DNA of 64,000 nucleotides from Chiloscyllium plagiosum (taxonomy: Eukaryota): positions 39,865,470 to 39,929,469 of the forward strand of contig NC_057712.1 of the NCBI RefSeq assembly GCF_004010195.1. The letters are read 5' to 3'. Each line of letters starts with the position of its first letter. Positions within the stretch are counted from its first letter, which is position 1. Position numbers and translations under genes: made by a program. Shown piece by piece: positions 50,630 to 64,000 of the stretch. The notes under the pieces are model-generated. The model searched no databases. It had not been told where the DNA came from and saw only the letters and a program-made list of their open reading frames with translations.

Positions 50630-51720
50630 AGAAATATGGAGATAGGGGTAGGCCACTTAGTCCTTGAGCCTGCTCTGCCACTCTGATTATGACTGATTAA
50701 GTACTTTTGAGTCTTTTTCCCCAAATTATACCCATATTACTTTACATCATTGGTCTGTTGAAATCTGTCAATCTCCACTTTTAAATATACTCAAAAAATT
50801 CAAGCTTCCACAACCTGCTAACATTGCAAATTCCAAAGATTCACAGCCTTTCTGAATAATACTCTCAGTCCAAAGTGACACCCTTATATTTTTAAATTGT
50901 ACCTCCTGATTTTAGATCCCATAACATGCAATAAAATCTCCCCCCTGCTTCATTTTGGTCTAGTCCCTGCCCACTCTCCCTAACCTCCCAGCATGTCCCA
51001 CCTGCCACCCCCACCTCATTCCTATCTTTGATGGTTTGCATTACCCATAATGCGCTTTGCTTGTAAATGCTTAATTGGCTACGTGGTATTTTTACTTGTG
51101 GTGGTTATTAGTTTTTTTTTAAAAACGTCAGTGGTTTTGGTGGTGGGAAGGTCACTGAGTTGTGTGTGATAACACATCTGGGTAGACAGCAAAAGGAAAA
51201 CAAAGTCTTGCCTCCATCTGCTCTTTCTATCCCGTTTAAGTATATTTCAATGAGATTACCTCTCATTCTTCAAAACTCTAGAGGACAACTCAGGAACAAG
51301 TCTGGTGAACTTTCATGGCATTATCTGGATGACAATAATATCTTTCCTGAGAGAAGGAGACCAAAACTGTATGCAGTACTCTAGGTGTGGTCTAACCAAG
51401 CTCCTGCCCAATTGAAACAAGACTTTGTGACTCCTGTACTCAACCCCTCTTACAATAAAAGTTAGCATTTCATTAGTCTTTCTAGTAGCTTGCCCACCTG
51501 CATGTTAGCCACCTTTGATTTTTGACGAGGCCACCCAGGTCCATCTGTACATCTCCACATTTTAAGAATAACTCTGCCTATTGGTTTTCCGTGCCATAGT
51601 TGATAACTTTACATTTTTCTTTGCTATATTACATCTGCTCACTCACAGTCTGTCCAAATTTTTTTGAAGTCACTTGGCATCTTCCTCACTGCACACATTC
51701 CCACTATTTTTGAAGGGTAA
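50630..51720 (-). mobile_element. Old degenerate CR1 fragments
   Basis: Decayed similarity to the CR1 3' region. Confidence 0.6.
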
Positions 51721-52009
51721 TGCAACCCATTCCCCATATTTATATTTTTTGGTTACCGTTGGTTTCCTCTCCCTGTTGTGTTTCCAACATAACTTTTCCT
51801 TGTCAATGTCTACGGTACTTCATTTCTCTCTCCTTTCCCAATTGTATATCTCCAGCTTCTTTCCCTTCCTTTCTCTGTCCTATTATTCGCATCTAGGGCT
51901 TGATGTAACCTTTTACTCTTAAGCTTCACCTTACATCATTTCAGCTGCTCTCAAAATTGTTTAGTTTTCATCTGTATGTTTCCTTTCACAGTTGCCATAT
52001 TAAATTATT

Positions 52010-52753
<744 letters not shown>

Positions 52754-53936
52754 TAGTTGGAATATTGAGTAGAAAGGAATTATACGTCTTCAGGAGTCGT
52801 CTGCTGCGTAAAATCCATCTGTGCTGATGTATAAACATTTTAAATCAAGCATAGGCAAGGATACAGTTAATGCAACTATAAGCAAAAATGTTAGCAATGT
52901 CATGTAGAGTTAGTGTTCCAAATTTTGGCAAGGTCACGATATTTTGGTGGACTTGTAGTCAGGCAATGTAATGTTGCAGAAGACTAACTGTGACCTGGAA
53001 TAAGTTGGTTGTATCAATGTTCCTTTTATCAGTGGGTTGCATCCAAGTGCCATAAAGTGCTTTGCTCTACAGCTGGCCAAATAGGATGACAGCCCTTACC
53101 CTGAGCATGGATAGGATCTGTAGCGTACAGACGAATGTAGCAGAGTTTTCTGAATTATTCACTCCCCTTTCCTCTTTTCAGTCATGCACACCAGCATGTT
53201 GCCCAAATGACACATTGCAATGTAGCCTGTAACTGAAGGAAGTTCAGTCCCATTAACAAAGGAGTTCAGTGCAGGAGCGTAGTCACATTTACTTTACAAC
53301 TACTGGTTAGTCTCAGCGTTAAAGATTGCTTTTGGCTTGTGACTGTTGTTATGGACCAGGAAAGACCCCCTCAAAACATTTTAAGAAGGTAGCCCATACC
53401 CTCACTTTTTTATTTAAAAAGGCAGATGTAAGGTGGATATTCCAGGAGTGATGCAGCTGGTCAAACCACTCACCTTTACACAAAACAGAATTTACTTAAA
53501 CACTGCAGTTGAAACACAAACAAAAGAAAACAGAATTTGGTATAACTCATTTGAAAACCCGACTGACTTAATATCACAACTTCATGAGGGAGCTATTTCA
53601 ATCCCTGCAATATCCCATAAACACACTCCTTGGCAAAAGGTAAATTCAAACACAGGTACTTACAGGCAGGAGAGATTTCAAAGAAAGTTCAGGCGAGGAA
53701 TATCCGGTGACGCATGGAACCTCTTTTCACTGTAGCAGCTTCTCTGCTATCCGCAGTTTCTGACTTCCTGCTAAAACAAACCAAACTAGGAAAAGACCTG
53801 AACTGGGAGAGCTGGCTACTCCCCTGCCATTGTTTAAAGTAGCCACGTCCAGCTATATCAGCACCCCTGTCTTTACTACCCTTCTTGAAAAACAGCAAGA
53901 TTAAAATAACCTTGTTAAAGGGGTAGCATCATCACA

Positions 53937-53949
53937 TCTCCCCTCTCCT
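53937..53949 (-). other. Polypurine tract of the LTR element
   Basis: aggagaggggaga abutting the 3' LTR. Confidence 0.8.
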
Positions 53950-56900
53950 ATAAAGAAGAACCATCAATAGACAAAGATGGCCTCATTTTGAAACTGCTTA
54001 GTCTTACTCTGCTAGTACATTACAATACATATACATTAACTATAACCTTACAAACACTCTATTTCAGTCTGTTTACTGCTGCCACCAAACGCCTCAGTTT
54101 TTCATCTTAATGGATCATGATCAATATATTTGATTGTTTCAGACAGATTACTGGCAACATAAATGTTGTAATGCCAACACCAAGCTCAAAGTCTCCCTCT
54201 CAATTGTCGAATATTTGTGTTGATGAATGTTCAATTTCCTGGAGAAATATCCAATAGGTCTTTCTATTTTCTCATCGTTGTCTTGTAAGAGTACAGCACC
54301 GACACCCACATCACTCGCATCGATAGCCACCTTGAAGGGCTTTGTATAATCAGGTATGGCCAATACTGGGCAGTGGTAAAGACAACTTACAGGCTGTCAA
54401 ATGCTTGTTGACAGTTTGCCGTCTAAAGAAATGCAAGTAGTTTCAGTAGTAATTCAGTGAGTGGAGCAGCCATACTGCTAAAATTCGAATTTCCAATAGA
54501 ATCCACTCAATCCCAGGAATTGTAGCACTGCTCTCTTTGCCGATGGTATGGGAAACTCCCCAATAACTGTTGTTTTTACATTCAATGGGGTCATTTGTCC
54601 ATGTCCGGTAACATGGCCCAGGAAGGTGACTTGCGCTTAGGTAAATTCACTGTTAGCGAGGTTTATCACCAAGTCTGCCTCCTGAAATCGATTGAATAAT
54701 TCTCATAAATGCTGCAAATATTCCTGTCATGTGTGACTAAAAATTACCAGGTCATCGATGTAAACCACACAATTGGGTAATCCGGAAATGACTTTATTGG
54801 TTAGTCTTTGAAATGTGGCTGGTGCATTTTTCATTGCAATTGGCATGACTCGAAATTGTGACAGTCCATTCAATGTTAGTAAACCCAAAATTGCATTTGC
54901 TGTATCGGATATAGGTACCTGCCAGTATTCTCTGAGTAAGTCCAGTTTAGAAATATAAGTTGCTTGTTCCACATTTTCAATGCACTCTTCCAAACATGGA
55001 ATCAGATATGAATCAGACTTTGTAACTGCAATAATCCGCACATAATCATTGGGTGCCATCTGGTTTTGGCACCATTACTATGGATGAGCTCCAGTCACTG
55101 CAACTCACTTTGATTATGTTGTCTAGAAGCATGCATTCAATCTCTTTTTGAACATGTACCAACTTTAAAGAGTTAGATCTATAAGGATGTTGTGTAATTG
55201 GAATAGCATTTCCCCTACATCTACATCATGGTTAGTTCCCAGAATATTTCCCAATGCGATAACAATAACTCTTTCACGTCATTTCAATTTTCCTCTAGAA
55301 GGTAACTCAATAACTTAACCAATTTTTGACAACTTCCTCCTTGTCCAATTTATTTTGAGGAATATATAATTACGAATCCTCTGAATTTTGTTCTTCCCTC
55401 TGTGTTGTCACCAGTAACGCATTCTCCTTTTGCTTTCCTTCCCTGCTAAAATCTTTCGAGCATATCCATGTGACACACTGAGATTTCTTTTATCTGGAGT
55501 CCTTATCAAATTTACACCTCACTCAATCTCCTTTTGATTTGATAAGGTTTGCTAAATCTTGCTTTTAAAGGTTCACCTATCACTGGAAGTAATACTACCA
55601 CTTTATCTTCAAGAGCAAGATTGTGAGATTTTGATTTCTTGTTTGGTTTCTGTTTCATCGTATTATGCTGTGATATTTTTAAATGCTGTCTAGCTAACTC
55701 CCCTGTTCTATTTTACCGTTTCCTAAAATTTGACACACAGTCCAAATATGTGGTCTTTGAATTCTGATTCACCAATTTCTTCTCCATTAAGTTTAGTGGT
55801 TCTCTCACTTCATGCCCAAACACTAATTCAAATGGACTGAATTTGGTCAATTCATTTGGTGCATCTCTAATGGAAAAAAGTACAAACTGAATTCTTTTAT
55901 CCCAATCATCTGGACAATCTTGACTGTAAGACCTCAACATGGTCTTTAATATCTGATGCCACCTTTCTAGCCCTCCCTGCGATTCTGGATGGTACACAGT
56001 GGATTTGAATTGTTTTATTCCTATGCTGTCCATAACCACCTTGAATAATTTTGATGTAACATTTGACCCTTGACCCTTGTATCTCTATGGGTAGTTCGTA
56101 TCTAGTGAAAGATTTGAGTAACTCTTCTATAATCCTTTTAGCTGTGATATTGTGTAAGGGAATGGCCTCTGGAAATCTAGTGGACACATCCAATATTGTT
56201 AACAAATTCTGATTCCCACCTTTCGTTTTAAGTAGGGATCCTACGCAAACAATTAAGACTCTTGTAAAAGGTTCCTCAAATGCAGGAATGGGTATTGAAG
56301 TGGGGGTTTTATTACTGCCTGTGGTTTTCCAATTACTTGACGTGTCTGTCAAAATTCAACTACATTCTTGTGCAGTCCAAGACAACAAAAATATTTTGTA
56401 TTATTAGCTTGCGTTTTTCTTGACCCTAAGTGAACTCCTACTGGGAGTTCTTGCCTTACCTGCAACACCACCTTTCTATTACCCACTGGTAATACTACTT
56501 AATGAATCTCTGCCCATTTATCATCTGCCTGAATATGTGATGGTCTCCATTTCCTCATTAAGACATCATTTTAAGATAGTAGCACTCAGGGATACATTCA
56601 GATTATTCTTCCTCGTATGCTTTGTGATACAATTGCTTCAATTTTTCATCTTTCTGTTGTAACTTAGTTAATTTGTCTGAACTAAAGATATCCACGTTGT
56701 TCTACACCTGTTCCTGTTTCGTCTCAATCATTTGATCAAGTATGGTGTCTGATAATTCTACTTCAACTTTCTTATTTGTACTCTGATTTCTCCTTCTGTT
56801 TAAACTGGTGGCTTTGTGACCTTGTTACCACGTTACTACACTGTCAGGAAAAATCCCAAAATATGTTCCCTGTAATACCTCAGTTGCCTAATTTTCCACT

Positions 56901-57974
56901 AGCTTTTCAACCACAGTAGGCAGCATTCCTACCTGTGACCCGGCTATATCAAAACAAAGGACATATTGTGTTCATGGAGCCAAGAGTTCTTCCAATACTC
57001 CTACCACTGCTTCTCCACCTTTCACTGCTCGCTCTAATCTCATTCTACATAATTGAGGACTTCTTGTCTCACCATCGATTCTGCATACAAGCACTTTTTA
57101 TGGCATATTCCTTCTGAATTACATGTCTCCTCATCTCTCAAGGATTGACATGATCCTATATGTCTCAATATTGTAACGTCTTTACCTGCTGCTCCTGGCC
57201 TATGCGAATAAACCTTACCATTGCAAGTAAATGATTTTAAAAGTTCTGGCACTTCCTCCTTAACCAACCTCTGACCAGGTTGTACATTCTGGTGCAGCTT
57301 TTTAGCCTCCACTGTGCTTTCCTTTACCACTCCAACAAAATTCACCGGCTTATCACGTTTACCTAAATCTGGCTTCCCAGTGCTTTTCCTAACCCATCAA
57401 CACTGATTTCATGCGGCCTACTTTATTGTTGTGAAAACACCAGAGCTTTTTAACTTCTCTTTCCACTTCATGGGTTTCCTTTTTACCTTGTGGTAAGTTA
57501 TCATTATGATCTTCACTGAGATCTACTTTTCCTTTAGCACATGAGGATTTTTCTTTTCCCGAATTTCCACCCTCATGGATTGAAATTGATGTTGGAAGCC
57601 AAACTTTGACTTATGGACCCACTCATAATCATCAGCCATTTCAGCTGCTAATGTTGCTGTCTTAACTCTCCTCTTCCACATATGTTTTCACTACCTCCCA
57701 GGGAGGGAAGTTTTGAACTCCAAAATAATCCAGTCTATAAGAGCATCATATCCAATGTCCTTATCCACCTGTCAAAATTATTTGGTTTTATGCTTTCAAA
57801 CTCAATTGTGGGTTTGACCAGAGTCCGTCCTTAGATTCCTGAAGCGTTGCCTGTAGGCTTCTGGTACAAGCTCACATGCACTTAAGATGACTTTCTTCAC
57901 CACTTCATAATCCCCAGATACCTCCTCTGAGAGTGATGCAAATATCTCACTTGCTGTACCTATCAGTTTTGTTT

Positions 57975-58295
57975 AAAGTTTGTGAGAAGATTTGTAGCTC
58001 GGGTGCTCGTTGTTGTGGTTCTGTTCGCCGAGCTGGGAATTTGTGTTGCAGACGTTTCGTCCCCTGCCTAGGTGACATCCTCAGTGCTTGGGAGCCTCCT
58101 GTGAAGCGCTTCTGTGGTGTTTCCTCCGGCATTTGTAGTTGTTTGAATCTGCCGCTTCCGGTTGTCAGTTCCAAATGCCGGAGGAAAGTTCACAGAAGCG
58201 CTTCACAGGAGGCTTCCAAGTACTGAGGATGTCACCTAGAGAGGGGATGAAACGTCTGCAACACAAATTCCCAGCTCGGAGAACAGAACCACAAT
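57975..58295. mobile_element. Penelope-derived inverted-repeat element (family B) nested in gag, with hammerhead cores on both strands (58051-58084 -, 58223-58256 +)
   Basis: Inverted arms of ~120 bp; CTGAGGA-T-GTCACCT-AGGC-AGGGGAC-GAAAC-GTC. Confidence 0.88.
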
Positions 58296-58708
58296 AGTTT
58301 GTTTGCATTAACAAAACTCATATGATCACTGGCCACTTCATTTGTTTAGCCATCTTCTCAAATTAGATGAAAAAGCCTTCTAAATGCTTCTCGTCAAGTT
58401 TAAGCAATGTTTGGACATATTTAAACAGAACCCCACTAAGCTTTTGACTGCAGTAGGTTTGCACATCCTCACTATCTTCCTCATTAAGCTTACCTTCTAC
58501 CTTCGCCTCCATTCTTTTAAGCCGATTTTCCTAAGTGCCAATTTCTGAAGTTCAATCTCCCTCTCTTTCTCCCTTTCCTCTGCTTTTAATCGTAATTCAA
58601 ATGCTTTATTTATTTTTGTCTTTCTTTTCCTTTTGCCTCTAACTGAAGCTGCTTCATTTTCAATTGAAGTTTAGCCATTTCCAAAGATTCTGGTGACATT
58701 TCCAGCAA

Positions 58709-60442
58709 AGAATGACTAGCTTGGGGCCAGTCAAGGACAGTTGTGGGAAGTTGTGCGTGGAGTCAGAGGAGTTAGGGGAAGCACTAAATGAAGATTTATC
58801 GTCAGTATTCATACAGGGAAAAGACAATGTTGTTGAGGAGAATACTGGGATACAGACTGAGGCTAGATGGGGTTGAGGATCATATGGAGGAAGTGTTAGC
58901 AATTCTGAAATATATGAAAATAGTTAAGTCCCCTAAACCAGATGGGATTTATCCTAGGATTCACTGGGAAACTAGGGGTTGCAGACCCTTTGGCTTTGAT
59001 CGATATATCATCATTCACGACAGGGATAGTGCCAGAAGACTGGAGGATAGCAAATGTTGTCCCTTCCTCGAGAAGGGGAGTAGAGACAACCCTGGAAATT
59101 ATAGACCAGTGAGCCTTATTTGTGTTGTGGGCAATGTTTTGGAAAGGATTGTAAGAGAGAGGATTTATTAGAATCTAGAAAGGAATAATTTGGTTTGGGA
59201 TAATCAACATGGTTTTGTGAAGGGTAGGTTATGCCTCATAAACCTTAGAGTTCTTTGAGATGGTGACCAAACAGGTGGATGAGGGTTAAGCAGTTGATGT
59301 GGTATAATGGATTTCAGTAAAGCATTTGATAAGGTTCCCCATGGTAGGCTATTGCAGAAAATAGAGGCATGGGATTGAGAGCAGTTTTGGGGTTTGGATC
59401 AGAAATTGGCTAGCTGAAAGAAGACAGTGTGGTGGTTGATGGGAAATGTTCATCCTGGAGTTCAGTTACTACTGGCGTACCGCAAGGATCTGTTTTGGGG
59501 CCACTGCTGTTTGTCTTTTTTATAAATGACCTGGATGTGGGCGTAGAAAGATGGGTTAATAAACTTGCAGATGACATTAAGGTCGGTGGAGTTGTGGACA
59601 ATGCGGAAGGTTGTTGTAGGTTACGCAGGGACGTAAATAAACTGCAGAGCTGGGCTGAGATGTGACAAATGGAGTTTAATGTGGAAAAGTGTGAGGTGAT
59701 TCACTTTGGAAGGAGAAACAGGAATACAGAGTACTGGGCTAATGGTAAGATTCTTGTTAGTGTGGATGAGCAGAGAGATCTCGATGTCCATGTGTGTAGA
59801 TCCTTGAAAGTTGCCACCCAGGTTGATAGGGTTGTTAAGAAGGCATATGGTGTGTTAGTTTTTATTGGTAGAGGGATTGAGTTTTTGGAGCCATGATGTC
59901 ATGCTGCAGCTGTACAAAACTCTGGTGCGGCTGCACTTGGACTATTGCATACAGTTCTGTTCTCCGCATTACAAGAAGAATGCGGAAGCATTGAAAGGGG
60001 TGCAGAGGAGATTTACTAGGATGTTGCCTGCTTTGAAGGGAAGGTCTAATGAGGAAAGGCTGAGGGACTTGAGGCTATTTTTGTTAGAGAGAAGAGGGTT
60101 AAGAGGTGACTTAACAGAGGCATACAAGATGATCAGAGGATTAGATAGGGTGGACAGTGATTTTTCTTGGATGGTGATGGCTGGCATGAGGGTACATAGC
60201 TTTAAATTGAGGGGTGATATTTTAGGACAAATGTCAAAAGTAGGTTCTTTACTCAGTAGTAATGCCCTGCTTGCAACAGTAGTGGACTCGCAAATTTTAA
60301 GGGCATTTAAATGGTCATTGGATAAACATATGCATGATACTGGTATAGTGGAGATTAGATGAGCTTTAGATTGGTTTCACAGTTTGTTGCAACATCGAGG
60401 GCCAAAGGGCTTGTACTGTGCTTTAATGTTCTATGTTCTATT
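58709..60442 (+). mobile_element. CR1 LINE (~1.7 kb, 5'-truncated) nested in the gag region of the LTR element
   Basis: KSPKPDGIYPR, GNYRPVSL, GVPQGSVLGPLLF, KLADDIKVGG; atgttct tail. Confidence 0.93.
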
Positions 60443-60731
60443 AAATGCCGAGTTATTGCTGTAATTATCTCTCCTTTTCTCACTGATGAAGGCTATTCCA
60501 ACTCCAGCTTATCTGTCAATTCCAGCAGTTTTGTCTTGTTCACATTTTGTAAAATCTCCAAAGTGACGTCTTCCACCCCCAGAAAATTCTTAGCGACTGA
60601 AAAAGCTATTAATACATCAAGCACTGTTTAAACCAATCCAATTCACAACCCAGAGCAAAAGACACTAAAACCTACCACTCACTGCCTTTGAGTACAACAA
60701 CCCTAATCCCAAATTGGAATATTAGAATAAA

Positions 60732-60749
60732 TTCCACCAAGAGCCCCCA
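60732..60749 (-). other. tRNA-Pro primer-binding site
   Basis: TGGGGGCTC just inside the 5' LTR; same start as the MLV tRNA-Pro PBS TGGGGGCTCGTCCGGGAT, with the distal half decayed. Confidence 0.75.
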
Positions 60750-63700
60750 ATCTGTTATGGACCAGGACAGACGCCCTCAAAACATTTTAAGAAGGTAGCC
60801 CAGTCGCTAACTTTTTTCTTATTTTAAAGGGAAATGTAAAGTGGATATTCCAGGAGTGATGCACCTGGTCAAACTACTTCACTTTAAGAAAGAGCAGGAT
60901 TTATTTAAATACTACAGTTGAAACAAGAGCAAAAGAAAACAATTTAGTATAACTTATTTTGAAAATCCAACCAACTCTATATCGCAACTTAACAAGCGAG
61001 CTACCAGCAGTTTCTGACTGCCTGCTGAAACAAACCAAACTAGAGAAAAACCGGACTGGGAGAACTGGCCACTCCCCTGCCATTGTTTAAACTAGCACAT
61101 CCAGATATGCTGACACTTCTGCCTTTAAAATCCTACTTGAAAAACCCAAGGACAAAATAACCTTGTTAAAGGGGCAGCATTGTCACATTGTGTTGGCATG
61201 GCAGCCTTTTCAAATGAGAGCTAGAGTTTTCAACTCAGGACTGCTCAATTGCTATGTCTTAAGTTCTGATTTTTTCACGGAAGTTAAAACAGTGTTCGTC
61301 CTTAGTTCAGTCATACATTAGTAACCTGATTCTTTAAAGTGTATTTGAATACTATTTTATGTTTGAATACTTCCAATATTTTAATAAAAGCAAAGTCCTG
61401 CAGATGTGGGAAATCTGAAACAAACAATGGTTAATGCTGGAGAAGCTCTGGTCTGGCAGCATAATTGGAAAGAGAAACGGTTAACATTTTGAGTCCAGTG
61501 TGAGTTGTCTTCAGAAATGCGAAAGATCAAAGACCACCATTGATAAGAAACTCCTATGTCAGATCAGCTGTGCCAGCTCAATGACAGTTTGACAACAAGT
61601 ACCTCTGCAATCCAACAATTGAGCTATTGCAGACCATACTCTTGAGCTGCGGCCAGACTTGATTTGTATCAGTGACATGTAGGAGCACTGGGGAAATTCC
61701 AATATTTACCCCTGAATCCTCTGGCTTTAATACAAGGACTGTCAAGCTGATACTGGTGTCCTCCAGCTATCGTTCTGGCAAACACCTGCAAAATTTATTT
61801 GATGGAGTGAACACTGTTTGAATGACCTAATAGCATCTGTCCCATGAGATCCTGCTTTCTTCGGTTTCAAATTCCAGCATTTCCAGAGGAGGACAAAAAA
61901 CACAAGGGGCACTTGGAACCTCTACTTGGGAAGAGCTTGCTACAAGTCATTTCAAACACTGACAGTTTGTCCAGTAAGCTGCATGGTGCCTTGTTACTAC
62001 ATCCTGCTGAGGCAATGTTGGCAGAGAAAGAGAAAAGTAATCAAGTCCCATGCTTTGGGTTCCATTACCTCATGTATTGCCACGCTCCGTGTTCCAAAAG
62101 ACCCTGAGTAGACGTCATCCTTGAATTGAAGAATAACAAACAACAGCAGCTTTTTAATGTAAACACCAGAGTGTGGTGTTTAACCCTGTCTGCTGTGAGC
62201 CTGTTTGCTTCCACCTCAGCTGTCAGCTGATCCAGAGTGAGAGAGCAATGCCCAGTAGCACTGAGGTAAAGTGCAGGCCCAAAATGTGGGGCCAAATAAC
62301 AGAGAGATGAGTGACAAAAGTACTTTGAAAGTGAGAGTTTTAAATAGCTGTTTAAGTTTGACTCTGTTTCACTGCATATGCCTAACTGATGCTGGTGTCC
62401 TGGCATCAGCTTCAAATTAGGCCTTTAAACTGTTTATATGCAAAAGAGACCAAACCAGCAGGCAAGAGATTAAACTCTGACATAGCAAATAATATCAAAG
62501 TTTATTTAAAAGATTAAAAGAAGATAAATTTACTAAAAATGTACAACAGACATTTATGATTTTGGTCAGCCTGGTCAGAGGTGTAAATCCATCCTAGTTT
62601 CCTGAGCTAACAGTAATTCTCTGAAATCCTGGGAAAACTACCAATAAAGGCCAGTCTCACTCTTACGACTGTCTTCACATTTAAATTAGCATTACCTCAG
62701 CCTGATTCAGGCACAGTATTACGAGGCAATTGGTTGTTGTTGGGTTAAATTAGCTTGTGACACACTTGCTATTTGGTAAGAATTCCTGGTGTCCCATCAC
62801 AAAATCTCAGGTAGTTGGAATATTGGTAGAGAAATTAGTTATTTATGCACAATGCTCCCTGGAGTGAACAGTGGAATTGTCTGTGAGATCTCTCTCAACT
62901 GATTTTATACAAGCCTTCATTCATTCTTTGGATACGTCATCCAGATGGTCAAGGTCAAATGGAACCTGTGTGTCATATACTATCTGAATACTTTGTTCCC
63001 ACAGAGAAAGCTTACAGCAGCAAATTAACACATTAAACTCCAAGCATTAAGAAATTATCCAGACTTCTAACTACATCACAGAGCTCTTGTGGCACAGTGG
63101 TAGTGTCCCGAACCCCGGGCCAGAGGATCTGAATTCAAGTTCCACATGCCCCAGACATGTCAAAACATATCCAAACGGGTTGAATTAAAATATGTGTAGT
63201 TACTTGGCAAGCCACTTATTGTTCAATTTCTATGTATTTAATATTCACTACCTATTAATTTTTTTTCATTCTTTACAAACTATATAGTAATTCTTGTTCA
63301 ATACGTATAGTATTCTGTACTTAAAATGATTCCTTTGACCTACTCTATTGAAATATTACCTTATTAGCTTACTACAGTGAATTCTGTCATATTACTTGTG
63401 TTATTTGTAAGTAACAGATTAAATAGCATGGATTCAGTTTACTTGAAAATCTCATACAGATTTATTTAACAGCTCTGACTGATCTAGAGTTACAGATAAC
63501 TAGGTATGCATCCAGACTTTAGCTTGTTTCTGCTCGGGCATGTAGTGGTTATTCCTGGTCCTTGGCCCATTAGCTGTTAAATTAATAACTTGGGAAATAT
63601 AAAACACAAACTTTGGTCAATTTGAGTTGAACTAAATTAACCTCTATTGCCCAAGCCTACGTGCAAGCACCTTAAGCTGGTAAGCCTCCATATTCTTGGA

Positions 63701-64000
63701 ATGTCTCTATAGAGTTGTTTATTTTCCCTGAGAACAGATAAACCTCCTTAATTGAAAGGCGAAAGCTCTGCTCTTGTCTTGATATCTCCGTTTTGCATTT
63801 AAATAGAACATTTCACAACCTCAGGAATTTGTGTAGTCACTGTTGTACAGTAATGTTGGAAACAGGTGCCAATATGCACATAGTAAGCTGCCACAAATAA
63901 TATTGTAATTATTATGTCTCGTATTAGTGATATTGATTGAAGGATTATTATTGGTCAGAATATGAGGATGTACTTCCTTGAAGTGTCAGCCTATGGTGTG

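Larger units (their letters stand above)
53347..61187 (-). mobile_element. Decayed full-length Gmr1-type Gypsy LTR retrotransposon (gag-PR-INT-RT-RH) with nested insertions
   Basis: LTRs 53347-53936 and 60753-61187 (TG..CA); PBS TGGGGGCTC; PPT; integrase ORFs 55713-56352 (YHPESQGGLERWH), RT 54727-55059 (VYIDDL), RNase H 54148-54363 (DASDVGVGAVL); ctgt/ttgt flanks. Confidence 0.92.

Noticed and set aside
61520-62420. Non-repetitive-looking segment with ORFs of 61-116 aa (possible HEATR5B exon or retrocopy)
   Set aside because: No frame matches the expected next HEATR5B exon (SQGRSEIL...) or any protein I recognise; needs BLASTX.

Overview
Vertebrate genomic DNA, most likely from a shark; this is inferred from the HE1-type V-SINEs and the CR1 and Penelope repeat content. 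The window holds parts of three spliced genes that are also neighbours in human. (1) The 5' half of EIF2AK2/PKR on the minus strand: an ISRE/IRF promoter at ~22.95 kb, two dsRNA-binding motifs and linker exons, with the kinase domain lying beyond position 1. (2) A complete 8-exon GPATCH11 on the minus strand (270 aa). (3) The first exons of HEATR5B on the plus strand, sharing a bidirectional CpG/NRF1 promoter with GPATCH11. Introns are filled with CR1 LINE fragments, tRNA-derived SINEs, a decayed Gmr1-type Gypsy LTR element (INT before RT, tRNA-Pro PBS) with a related solo LTR, and many short Penelope-derived inverted-repeat insertions. The most notable signal is that at least four sequence families of these Penelope-derived insertions carry minimal type I hammerhead ribozyme cores, all with one extra nucleotide before helix II. 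PKR also lies in the opposite orientation relative to GPATCH11 compared with human. All calls were made by eye; repeat boundaries are approximate.
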